Shown here: one piece after another, positions 14,282 to 26,000 of the stretch
Layout of the letters: each line of letters starts with the position of its first letter
How positions within the stretch are numbered: the first letter of the stretch is position 1
Assembly: GCA_000182565.2 (NCBI GenBank)
Contig: KQ257464.1
DNA: 64,000 nucleotides
DNA from: Spizellomyces punctatus DAOM BR117
Lineage: Eukaryota
Direction: 5' to 3' (one strand)
The notes under the pieces: model-generated
What the model saw: the letters and a program-made list of their open reading frames with translations, nothing else
Told to the model about the DNA's origin: nothing
Databases searched by the model: none
Program-made: the position numbers and the translations under genes

Positions 14282-16649
14282 ATGGACCCAAAACCAATGC
14301 TCTCAGCACCAGCTCAGATTCTCCCCGCCGAACTCCTTTGTCACATATTTTCCTACCTAACTCTCCGCGAACAGATTCAGATTGCCGTAGTATGCAAACG
14401 GTGGAGCGCGAGTATGGGCGAGGCAAGAGAGTTTGTGGCAAGGGTTACGGATCGGATGGCTCAAGTTGGATGTCAACGGGTGTTGAAATGCTTTCCGAGA
14501 TTAAAAGTGATGGAGGTATGCAATACATTGTAGTTGAACTTTTAGGGAAGATGTCATTTGATTCTCATGCATATTGGCAATTCCATATCGACAGCTCCGA
14601 TTACACAACAAAAACCAAGATGCCCTCGTACACTTTGGATCTACATTTACGGGCCACCCGACCCTTACCCACCTAATCACGGAAACGAGTAGCATCCTCC
14701 TCGCAGCCCTCCGGCATACACCCCGTCTAAAACACCTCACCCTGAAAGAAGATTTCAGCTCCCCGATTCCCCACCTACCCCGCGCAAACGTCAACTTCCT
14801 CTACGAGATATTTACAAAAGGATTTGAAACCCTCGATTTGGATGCTCCCCTCTTGTTTGCCATGGACACATTTGCGGAAGCTGTCGATGATGCCTTTGAC
14901 GATAAGCGTGGAACAATGGGGAAATGGGTGTTACCCAATCTGAAGCGTCTCTCCATCCGGTCCCTTCAGAACAGCTCCATGTCAGACTTGATGACTGGAT
15001 TCATGCCCCGTGTTGTCTTGACCGAATTGAAGCATCTGAACCTTAGCAGCAACGAAGCAACACTTCCGTTGGCGTGTCTAGGATATCTTGCTCATGCTAC
15101 ACCGAATTTGGAGTCGTTGCATGTGGCTGGCACTTGGATCGAGGGGCGGGATGCCGAGAGTTTTGTCGAGGTTTTGTCGAGACGGTTGAAAGAAATTGTT
15201 CTTATCGGCTGCGATTTACCGGGATTAGATCGTCGAGACGATTCGATCAACCTTGCGGAAGGAATTCTGACCCTCCTCACCGCTCATCTATCAGATGTGC
15301 AAGACATTCAAATCATCCACTGTAAATTCCGTACACCCGCTCACCCCATCCACAACTCCCACATTTCAAAAGGATCCCGCACCCTCAAACGGCTATCCCT
15401 CCTTGGATTTGGTCGGACCATGACAAGCGTCTCTTTCCTGTCCTATTACCCAGCTCTTGAAACTCTGAAACTGGACGACGTACCCAATTATGTGCCTAAC
15501 CCCTCTGGCCTCGGTATGCGGTACATCCCACTGTGGGACTTTGTAGCGGGTGCTTTGGTCAACCTGGCAGAGCTCGACTTGAGATTCACCAGAGTCGAAG
15601 ACGAGATTGACCATTCAATAATGTCCGACCATATTACAACGGTACCACCCACCCACCTACCCAACCTCACCACTCTCTCCCTCTACTCAATCCCAATTTC
15701 AACACTCTTACCTATCCTCGCAATGCACCCCACACTCAAATCCATCACGTTAAACCACCTCCCAGCAACAACTTTCCCCACAATGCTCCTAAAGCCCCAA
15801 TCGCATCTAATCTCCCTTCCTAATCTCCGTATCCTGCACATCCACGCTCACGGCCCCATGTCCCCCCTCATTACCCGAACACTTGCAACAACTCTCACAA
15901 AAGCATCACAAGGACTCCATACACTGCACGTCCAATCCGCAAAACCAGCATTGGAAACGCATGCCCCGACCCTCGCCGCTCTTCTCTCCCCACCTAGCCC
16001 TCTTCCCCCCCAAGACGCAATAGACAGTCTGTGGATTTCAACACTGATGAGTCAATGCCCATATATCAGGACATTGAGAACATCAGGACAAACCCTCACA
16101 CACGATGCCCTAGCGAGACTGTGTGCACCTGATGCTGTCTGGAAAGGAACACTTGAGAGACTAGAAGTGGCTTTGAGAGGTATACCGAGAATGGATGTTG
16201 CGTATGATTTTCTGTTGAAGGCGCTTTTGGAGGAGTATAGGATTTTGAAGGGGCTCGAGGTGTGTGTCGAGAGACTTCCTGATGATGTGGGGCCTGGAGT
16301 GGAGTTGGGAGAGGTGGGCGGTCGGGCAGCGAGTCGGACAGATGATATGATGGAGGGAGTCGAGATGTTGGCGAGGGCTGCAGAACCGGACTGGGACGCT
16401 GTTTCCTCATCTTCATCGCCTTCTTTATCATTTATCGAACCATCGCAGCCTCTGTCGGCGTACACCCTACAATCCATTGACACACTACATGCCAAACTCT
16501 GTGCGCGGTATGCAGACGACTTGAAGAGACTTGCCCCCTGGCTGGAGACATGCCGCGTCTGGGCCCCCGAGCTGAAGAGAAAATGGATTAGGAGCTTTTT
16601 GTTGCGGAGAATGCAAAGGAGGATTGGAGGCGACGACATGCGTGTGTAG
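14282..16649 (+). CDS. F-box protein with LRR/RNI-like repeats
   Basis: F-box motif LPAELLCHIFSYLTLREQIQIAVVCKRW. Intron 14516-14594. Long second exon with repeated LxxLxL units (PNLKRLSI, PNLESLHV, PALETLKL, PNLTTLSL). Confidence 0.85.
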
Positions 16650-18600
16650 TTTTGTTTATAATTTGTATATAGCATACATAGCATAGGAAGAGGTATTCAC
16701 TTTTAAATAGTTGCACATGCAGAATTGTGTAAATATATATTGATTATAGTACAATGGCTGAAATGAACAGTATCGCAAATGGTTTGCCCATCATCGTTGA
16801 GCCAACACAACTTTCACCTACGGCGCAAAAACACTTTAGCAAACAGAGTCATGAAGATGGCCGACAACAGATTCCATGGGCCAAACAAAAGGATTCAGTG
16901 TAACTATGACTATATGCAACCTCCATAGCAGGAAAAGCGAAACCAAAACGGCTCACCAAAACTCCAAGTCAGGGGTGCGGAAAAGTTTATCATCATCATC
17001 CTCTTGTCCTATCCCATATATGCAAGACATACCATGACATAAACCGGAACTCGACATGGCAGCGCCAATACTTGATCGCCAACCTTGAAACAATAAATGT
17101 CAGAACGCATTTAAGGAATCTCATCCAGAGGCGCATCAGCAAGCAATCAGAGATGTGTGTGTGTGTGATTTTTTATCCTCCCCGCAAGATCGCCAACGAC
17201 CTCACTAAGCATTGCAGAATCTTCTCTCATCACATTGCTCGGCCACTACGCATCCGCAAATAGACGACTCACCTGTTCCGGCGTCGTGTCAACGCCTTAT
17301 AAGACGGGTATGTGCAACAGCTCTACCCGAGCTGAAATGTGCTCTCGTCAATCCTGGAGCAATGAGCCAAGAGAGAGCGTCAAGGGCAAAGCACCCAGGA
17401 CGTGACGCAGGTGTGCATGATAGCACAGGAATAGTGTATGGTTGAAAACGTTTTATCGGAAGAGTTACATGATGCTCATCAAGTAAAGAAGAAGAAACGC
17501 TGGGAGGAAGGCGATCTGCGGATTTAAAAAGAAAGAAACAGGTCATGTGATTCGCCATCGCGTAAGCCACGATCGTAGAGTCACTCAGTTGACAAGCATT
17601 CTTTTGATGGGCAGCAGCGTCCGAGGCGAGCAGGCAACCGTCAGACTCGACCTTCCAACACTACAAATCTTTTGAGTGGATTGGTGGACAGCTGGAAGAC
17701 ATAGTATCACAATCTGTTAATGAGCAACAGACAGTGTCTTGCTATATAATGCAATAGTGTCAAACAAACGAGGAAGGAACCATGATGATGCTACTAAACA
17801 ATCCAGTCCAGTCCAAAAGGATGCTCCGATATGCTATGTTTTGAGCGTATGTTGTATTCTCAATAACCTATGGCGAACAGCATATCAGGCGGAAGTAGTA
17901 AGCAGAAGGCAAATCTGACCACGTTTGACAAGGTCGCGAGATGCTCAGTTGTCGGCGAGGCACACACTACATAAATGATCAACAGCGCCGTACCATTAGA
18001 CTAATCGCATCCACCTTGAAAGCTGAAAAAATACAGGGGTCAACTGGATATTTTAGGTATTGCTCTGCCTAAATACAATGCCGTACCAGGGCCCAAATGA
18101 GCTTCACACAGGTCCTCTATGAAAGCAACAGATTAGATGCACCTACCTGCTGACAAGGTATACACAGTAGAATAATAGCAGTTGAAGCATATTTTTAGGC
18201 AAAATGAGTAGAAGCCACTATCGGAAAAGGTTAGGCACATCTTTGAGGGGACGACCCATAGATCAATGAGAGAGGAATAAGAAGAATATCAGATCGGATC
18301 GCCGGTGGAGAGACTAACTGGATACACCTGCAATTGGGAAGGTATGCTTGGTCTGACAGTGGGATGGAGGAATCGAGAAGATGAACGAAGAAGAGGGCGA
18401 ATGCGAGTTATCTTATAGAGGTCACTGCTGGTCAATAATTATTGAATCTAAAGAATTGGATGGGCTTGGGCTTGGAAGACAGTGTTATCTTGAGAAAATG
18501 GTGAATGGTCCAAATCCTGCAATCATTCTCTTTGGCACACCATGTGCTGTCTAAATACACTCAATGCGGTGTGGTCCAAAATGCAGTGAATTGATGCTGA

Positions 18601-19080
18601 TCACAATTTGGCCTTCCCGCGGCCCATCCCTACAACCACTCCGTGACTCGCATCGCAGTACCCTCGCTCCACCAGCCCCTCCGCCCACTCTTTGATAAAC
18701 GCCCTGGCCTCGTCCTGCTCCGCTCCATTTGGATCGAAACACTGATACCCTGTATGAAACCGGTAAATCGATATGACCGGCCAATCTGAGCTGCTCATGT
18801 CAAACTCGACAAATGGGTCGTAATCAATATCATAGGTGGAGACAGTGTAGTGAGCTAATCGTAGGACAGGGCCTTCGCGGGCGATGATGAGGGGCCGAGA
18901 ATAGGCTGTTGCTCCTTCTATTCATAGTAGTCTGAATGAGTTATTTTCGACGAGGATTCGTCAACTGTACCACCTGCCTTTTGGACGTATCTCTATGCTC
19001 CACAGTGTGCCGTCTGAGGCGGCATCAAAGTCTAGGAGGAGGCCATACGCAGTAAGAATATCGTTTAGTACGGTTTTCAT
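18601..19080 (-). pseudogene. Intronless 160-codon frame resembling bacterial DUF6908 proteins, interrupted by two in-frame TGA codons
   Basis: Manual translation from ATG 19080: MKTVLNDILTAYGLLLDFDAASDGTLWSIEIRPKGRWYS*RILVENNSFRLL*IEGATAYSRPLIIAREGPVLRLAHYTVSTYDIDYDPFVEFDMSSSDWPVISIYRFHTGYQCFDPNGAEQDEARAFIKEWAEGLVERGY...KL*. TGA codons lie at 18961-18963 and 18922-18924, with no frameshift. Family resemblance is from memory. Confidence 0.6.
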
Positions 19081-19786
19081 GTCCATCCCAAAAGGTCTCT
19101 CGTTGACGGAGGAGACTGCAAGAGGTGAGTCATGCTGCCCTGCTTTAGTAAAATTGAGCGCATCAGACGCTTGGCGAAAGCTGCTATTATAGTAGATGCT
19201 TTTTACAAATGGAGTTTACTTTATGACTTCTACAATGGTTTCTTGCTATGGCATTTGCTTTTGCCGTAAGTTACTTGTAGAGCCTTTATTGATTACCACC
19301 TTGATCGTTGATATGGATCCTCTGTCAATCAACATCTGCCAACGACATTAATTTCTTTATAGCTGTGTGATGCTGGCATAGCATCCCAGATCAGCTGGAA
19401 TGTAGCAACTCATTTGTTGATCCCCCTCTCGCAGCAGATGGCATACATGGCAGCCCGGACAGCATTGGCAGAACTATCAGCAACGCTCGTTGAAAGAACA
19501 AGCGCAACAAGCGCCCTTCAAAGCAATAATCTACTTACATAAAACGTTGCTCAATATCGCAAAAACGGTGAAAGCCCTTGATACAATCCACACATCAACA
19601 AAGCAAATGCAAAAGCGGTTCAATTAACTCCCAATTGGCGATGAACGGCGAGAACGGCAAACGCGGCAATGTACAACGATCGATGACTCATCAGCGAAAA
19701 GCCACTTGTTCCATTCAACCGACCTATTTGTTCCATCTTTCAGCATCTTTGTCGCATTCACCGCGTTTAAACCTGAACCCGACACA

Positions 19787-22530
19787 ATGCCACGCTACAA
19801 TTCAGACAGCGACGACGACCGTAAAAAGAATCGGAAGAACAAGAACGATAGTGATAGTGATGATGACCACCGAAGAAAGCATCAGGGAAGGAAGAACCAC
19901 AGCAACAAGGACGATAGCGACGACGACGACAAGAGGTATAAGAAATCGGATGGGAGGAGAGATTATGAACATGAAATTTCGGCAGGCGTGAACAAACTGT
20001 CGGTCGGTGCGGGTGAGCAATTTGACGAGTCCCCTTTGTTTATATGTGACGATTGACCGCGTCGTTATTAGGACAAGGCTACGGACAAACTTTTCAACAG
20101 CAGCCAGTTGGGTACGGAGGTCCTCAGACTTCTCAGACTCAAGGATATAGTTCAGGTGGAGGAGCGGGAGGTTATGCCCAAAATAGTCAGTACAATGCTC
20201 CTCCAGCAGGCTACGGACAAACGTCTCAACAGCAGCCAGTTGGGTACGGAGGTCCTCAGACTCCTCAGACTCAGGGATATAATTCGGGTGGAGGAGTCGG
20301 AGGTTATGCCCAAAATCCTCAGTACAATCCTCCTCCAGCAGGCTACGGTCAACAAGCAGATCCTGGAAGAAACTATCAAAATCCATCGTCGGGCTACGGA
20401 AGTCAGGGGTACACTGGCAACGGCTATCAACAACAGCAAGCGGGTTACGTCGGTGGCACACAAACTCCGTCAAGTACGAATGGTAACACCCTCGCCCCGG
20501 CTCTGAACTTTGTTGGCCCTTTCCTCCGCTTTCACGACATTGACACTGAACGCCGTGAGTGGACGGGATCTGTCTTGATCGTCACCCGGACGCGTCCGGA
20601 TCGTCCCCCAGTCTGTGCCTATAGCGATGGCACGAGTCCAGCCAAAAACGCTCCGATCAGAGAGCTAGCAACCTACGAAAGCAATGTCTTTTACCGGTTT
20701 GATCTTGTTGTTCCTTTGACAAACGGCGGAGATAAGGCAATTGCCTACACTATCAACAATGGAACTCCGTATACCTTTTACGTGCCACCGCTCGGAGCTG
20801 ATTGTCGCGTAATGGGTATGTCCTGCAATGGTTTCTCCTCAGACGTGACCAACCCAGACGAAGCCGGCGGTATCACTCCTCTGTGGAAGGATGTTCTCCG
20901 CCGTCACCATGAAAAACCTTTTCACGTGATGTTGGGAGGGGGGGATCAGCTGTACATGGACCCTATCTTCACCAGCAATGACGCCATTTTGGAATGGCTG
21001 AAAATTGATGGACGTGAGGCAAAGAGCCAAGCTCCTTTCACACAAGAACTGAAGGCGAGCGTAGATAAATTCTGCTTTAACAACTACGTTAAATCATTTG
21101 GTCAAGATGTGATGAAGGACGCTTTTGCAACAGTGAGTGTCGTTCTTGATGCAATATCCTGAGCAACATCCTTAATATCTTTATTATGCGTAGATTCCGT
21201 ACATTTTCCAGTGGGATGACCATGGTAAGTTGGAGTATCCAAACTAGTCAGCCCTAATTTTGGCTGATATCTCCACTGCTTTCTGTTTTCACTAGACATC
21301 TTCGGTAACGTACCAAAAGTTCAGCCTGATCTGCATATTGTAAACTGATCTAGTCTACGGTATCTTTCTGAAGACGGGTGGGGAAGCTATCCCGCATGGC
21401 TCGCGGACAGCCCGGTATTCCACGGAATCTACGCTAGCGCACGCCACTTTTATCTTCTGTTCCAACAGCACACCGCCGACATGTACCGTCAACAAGATTC
21501 TTCCTTTGTGTTTGGCGCAAACGGCTCCTTCAGCTTTTTGAAGCACTTGGGGCCCTCGGTCGCAGTTTTGGGTGTGGACACACGAAGTGAACGGTCGTTG
21601 ACTCAGATTGCGTCTCCTGAAAGCTGGAGAATGGTGTTTGATAATCTATACAAGCGGACAAGGCCCGGGGTGAAGCACTTGATCGTAATGCTAGCCATTC
21701 CTGTCGTGTGGCCGCGGCTGACTGCCGCGGATTCGGCCATGGAGGGATTGAGTGGCTTTTTGGAGTTTGCAAGCACAAAACTGTCCGCGTTCAGCATGAT
21801 CCCAGTTCCCACACCTATCGCTGGTATTGGTGAGGCGATTGGAAAGACTGGACTGTACAAGAGCATTATGGGCTGCGTGAGTTGCGCTTTTAGGAATATT
21901 TCATGTTACGTTGGCTCATGATTCATTCTGCCATGACCAGTTTGGAGAACCGGAACTCGCCGATGATCTCTGCGATCATTGGACGCATAAAAACCACGAA
22001 GCCGAACGTTTGAGCATGGTGACTCAATTCCAGAGCTTTGCCCAGCAGCGCGGTATCCGCGTTACCTTTTTGAGTGGGGATGTGCATTGCACTGGTGTTG
22101 GGTGGTTCAGAAGCAAGCAGCCGCAAGCGGATGTTACTCGCGACCACAGAGTTATGTGGCAAATTGTTTCCAGTGCCATCAGTAAGTTCTTTTTAACGTT
22201 AAAGTGTCTTGGTATTTTCCGGCAACTCATCTGAATATGCCGTTATCAGTTAATGTCCCGCCCCCGGGTATGGTTATTGGCATGCTTCACAGCAAGGCCG
22301 TCCCCTACGATCTCGATAACAACACTGTCGACGAACTTGTTTCCACCTTTTCCGAAGATGTTGACGGAAAATCACTCGACAACTCCTCTAACAAAGTCCT
22401 TGGAAGACGCAACTGGTGCAGTGTCGAAGTGGATGGACGTGATCTGGCATGGAACATTTATGTGGAAAGAGTTGATCGCCAAGCTGACGCCAAGGCATAC
22501 CCAGTTCGGGTTGCTGGATTAGTCCTGTGA
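19787..22530 (+). CDS. PhoD-like (alkaline phosphatase D family) metallophosphatase with charged and Q/G/Y-rich N-terminal extension
   Basis: Motifs SCNGFS, PFHVMLGGGDQLY, WDDHDIFDGWGSY (spliced across a microexon), DTRSER, DDLCDHW, FLSGDVH and QIVSSAI. Exon 1 is 19787-20012 and exon 2 starts at 20072. Confidence 0.9.
20077..20355 (+). repeat. Coding tandem duplication with a 132-nt (44-aa) unit, two copies plus a partial third
   Basis: GGCTACGG-initiated units start at 20077, 20209 and 20341. The unit reads GYGQTxQQQPVGYGGPQTxQTQGYxSGGGxGGYAQNxQYNxPPA. Confidence 0.92.
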
Positions 22531-23098
22531 AGGGGGTTATTGATTTGCATGCTCACACAGCGGAGTGCTCGCCAGTTTTTTGTTGGTTTTCAAGGTGTAT
22601 GATTTTAGATGAACCATTTTTTTTTTCATCGTTTCATAGTTCTTAGAGTTGATTTAGAAATCATGGACAAGGATGTTTTTTGTACTCTTCAGTAGCTTCA
22701 AAACCGCATTAAAACGTACTGATCAGCAACCGAACCTATGCCTACCGGTTTCGTAGCGCGTCTGATATCTCAGTAACGTTTGCAATAGTAATAAAGATTT
22801 CGATGTCGTGGCAAATAAATTGTATGCCCTACATGGGCCTCCCTCATATTTAGATTAGCCATGACGGAAGCATGGTAGTTTTGATCAAGGGCTGACGGGA
22901 TTGTATAATAGTATCGGAGATTTTCCAGAGTCAATTTATGGCCTTCTAATCAGGAACAGAGGTGATCTGTTGGGTTGCTGAACTGTGATAGACTTTTATA
23001 TTCGGGCTTTCCTTTTGCCTGTTTCCTGCAGACAAGTAGATCTAGAATTATAGACCAGCGTACAGCACTGCAACGACGCCCGTGACACTTCCAACAAC

Positions 23099-26000
23099 AT
23101 GCTCGCTTCGCCAGGACCCAGGCCATTAAAGCACGGATGGGTTCTTAAAAAAGGGAAAACGGGATTTATTACCCATTGGCGACTAAAGTACCTCGTTCTA
23201 CTTGCCTCAGACGAGAATGATGCCCGGTTACAGATTTTTGACCAGGTGGATCAGTCTCGGCCGCCCAAGCATGAAATATGGCTAAGGGATGCAAGTGTGG
23301 CCGTCTGGGACGGGAGTGGTGCAAAAAAGGGATCTGCGCCTTTTGTCGTGGTAGATCGGAAACGAAAGGTGGGGTTCTGTATCGGTCTTTCATTGACTGC
23401 GCTGTCACTCAAAATGAAAATTGGTCCAATATGATTAGTTTTACTTTGCAGCCCAAACCAAAGGAGAACGTGATGACTGGCTCGCCATCCTTCAACCTAG
23501 TATGGATGCACCCCTTCCGACAGCTAAACCAACTCATCACCGCCGAGCCACGATCACCAGCCGTACATTCAGTCCAACATCCTCTCCCCCGCTACGCCGA
23601 TCAAACTCCGCACACCGGTACCGAACCTGGAGTCGAAGGGGAGATGACGATACTATGTCTACCTGGTCAGGAATGGACAGGGACTCGGATGCTGTATCGG
23701 TTTATTCGGTAATGACATCAAAAGGGGATGAGCGGTGCAGTAGTGTTGCGAGTTCGCGGGTGGAAACACTGGTAAAAAGTCCCAATCTGATGGGTTACCT
23801 GATGTTATGCTGAATACTAACCATTTTGCCTATGGATAGTCATTCTGCTCTGAACCAGTTCTGACTCCGCAAGAATTGACCTTAATGGGAAACAGCAGTA
23901 ACGGGACTGGAAGCTACAGGTAGGCAGCATGGAAAAAATGGTTCCAAGAAAACTTTGTCTCATTGCACATCTAATAGACACGAAGACGGGTTCACTTTTC
24001 GGGATACTCTACGTCGTCGCCGTGGTAAGTTATCAAAAACGTTTGCTGGTAAAGCGAGTAATTAAAGCTCTCTCCTCCTCTCAGCCCCCGTGGTACATCC
24101 AGATCCGTTCCGTACTAGTCAAGGAGGTGGCTCCGGGGGTATGAACTGCAGAGAGGTTGTCTGGCAGGTTTATGGGAAACTGATGAACACATTGCTCTCC
24201 AGAACCATGGAATGAACGTTACCAAACTCTGCTCTCGATTCGTCCTGATAGTGAGGAAGCCGCTCTGCGACAAGGTAGAGAACAAAATTGCAAAGTAGAA
24301 GCCGCACATCATCCACTGAACTTGAACATTCCTCTCCCAAGACGTCCAACTTCAGGAGCTAATTGGACAATTCCAAGAGACTGCTCAGCAAATGGCCCAA
24401 AGGATGATCGACGAGTACCATCTTACCTCAACCCCTGCCATAAAACAACGGACTCAAACACCCAGTCTGAACGGTCGGCCCATGTCTCCTAGTCTTACTG
24501 AAATCAATTATGATGGGGAGGACGGACATCAAGTCAAAGGAAGTGATGGTACCGTCGTCCAGGATGGTATCGTGTTTCGCTTTGCATGTAACTACGATGG
24601 TATGCTCTTTCGGAAAGGTTGAAGCGCGATTATCAATGACCACCCGCTCATATCAGTTCTTTGCAGATGCAACTCCATCCCAAGTGGAAGATGCTCTATC
24701 GCGGACATCTAACGAGCTCCGTGCCATAAACGCATCCACACGAGCATCTTTCATGAACAGCGCTAGTCCCAGTCATTTGCACACGGTATTGATGGTTCTT
24801 ATTGATTATAAAGGATTTAGAGTTGTTGCATATGCAGATATGGGATTGCAGGGGCAGGTATGTTTTTCGTCTCATAATGGGTGCTTTTCGGTGCGCACGC
24901 TCATGTCTTTTTGTCCAGGCATTGCAGGTCCATGATTTGCAACGGGACCCACCTCGGACAGATGAAAGGGCTTCGGAGCGATTGATGGCAGTTGGGAAGG
25001 CATTAAACTTGAAACCCCACACTGTGCAAATTGGAGAGGAGAGGAGAGTGATGGTGCATATGGCCGCTGGGGTTGAGGTAAGGGGCAGTCCCTTGAATTG
25101 TTGTTTATAGCTGCAAGGAAAAAACATAACTCTCTAAAATTCAAAAAAAGGTTCACTTTGACCCTCCGTCAAAACTCTTTTATGCCTCGAACCTTCACGC
25201 CCTGCTTCCCATGGACCACTCACCTCATAACAAAATCGACCCAGGCCCTCATCGCCGCCTCCGTCCCGAATTCCTTGCCAACTACCCACATCCTCTTACT
25301 TCCGATGCTTTTACCAAGCAATCGGGCGGCCCTCGGCATGAACGAGAAGCAAACGATGCTGAAGTCATGCGGGCTTCAAAGTATTTGCAGGAGATCTGGA
25401 TCCCTTCTTTTGTGTCTAGATTGGATTCGTTGGAGGTTCGGCCAGTGGATTCAAGGGGATTAGTGGGCGAAATGCATTGCTCTGGAGTTAATGTTCGGTA
25501 TTTGGGTACGTTCAAGTTTCTAATGTCAAAATCACGCGCGAAAGAATTAAGCAACCATTGGATACAGGCCATATCTCTCGCCTTTCTACCCTCCCGTATA
25601 TTCGCGATATGGCCCATACCGAAATGGTTGCACGAGCCTTCAAATCCTTGTTCCGCACAAGACTACGGACCGCAATATTGCATTTCAGATCTGTAGGTGC
25701 TACAGTTATTGATGAGGAGATGAGGACGTATGCGGTTGGAATGTTTGGAGTCGCCTTGGGATCCGGTGAGAAGAGGAAAAAGGTGGGCATTACTTTTGTG
25801 CGCTTGCTCTGAGAATATCTGGATTTACCCTGAACTTGATTGCTAGTTTTTTGAGGACAAGCTCCGAGATGAGATTGTACGGAAATACGGCTTTGATATG
25901 AGTTACGGGCAGTTTGCAGGTTTGCCTAAGCCAGCCTTATTTTTGGCCATGCAGTATCACGTAAGTATACCAATAGCTGCTCACGAGGGAGCTCAGATTA

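Noticed and set aside
19802-20506. Antisense and alternative-frame ORFs with internal repeats
   Set aside because: They are shadows of the 132-nt duplication in the PhoD-like gene.
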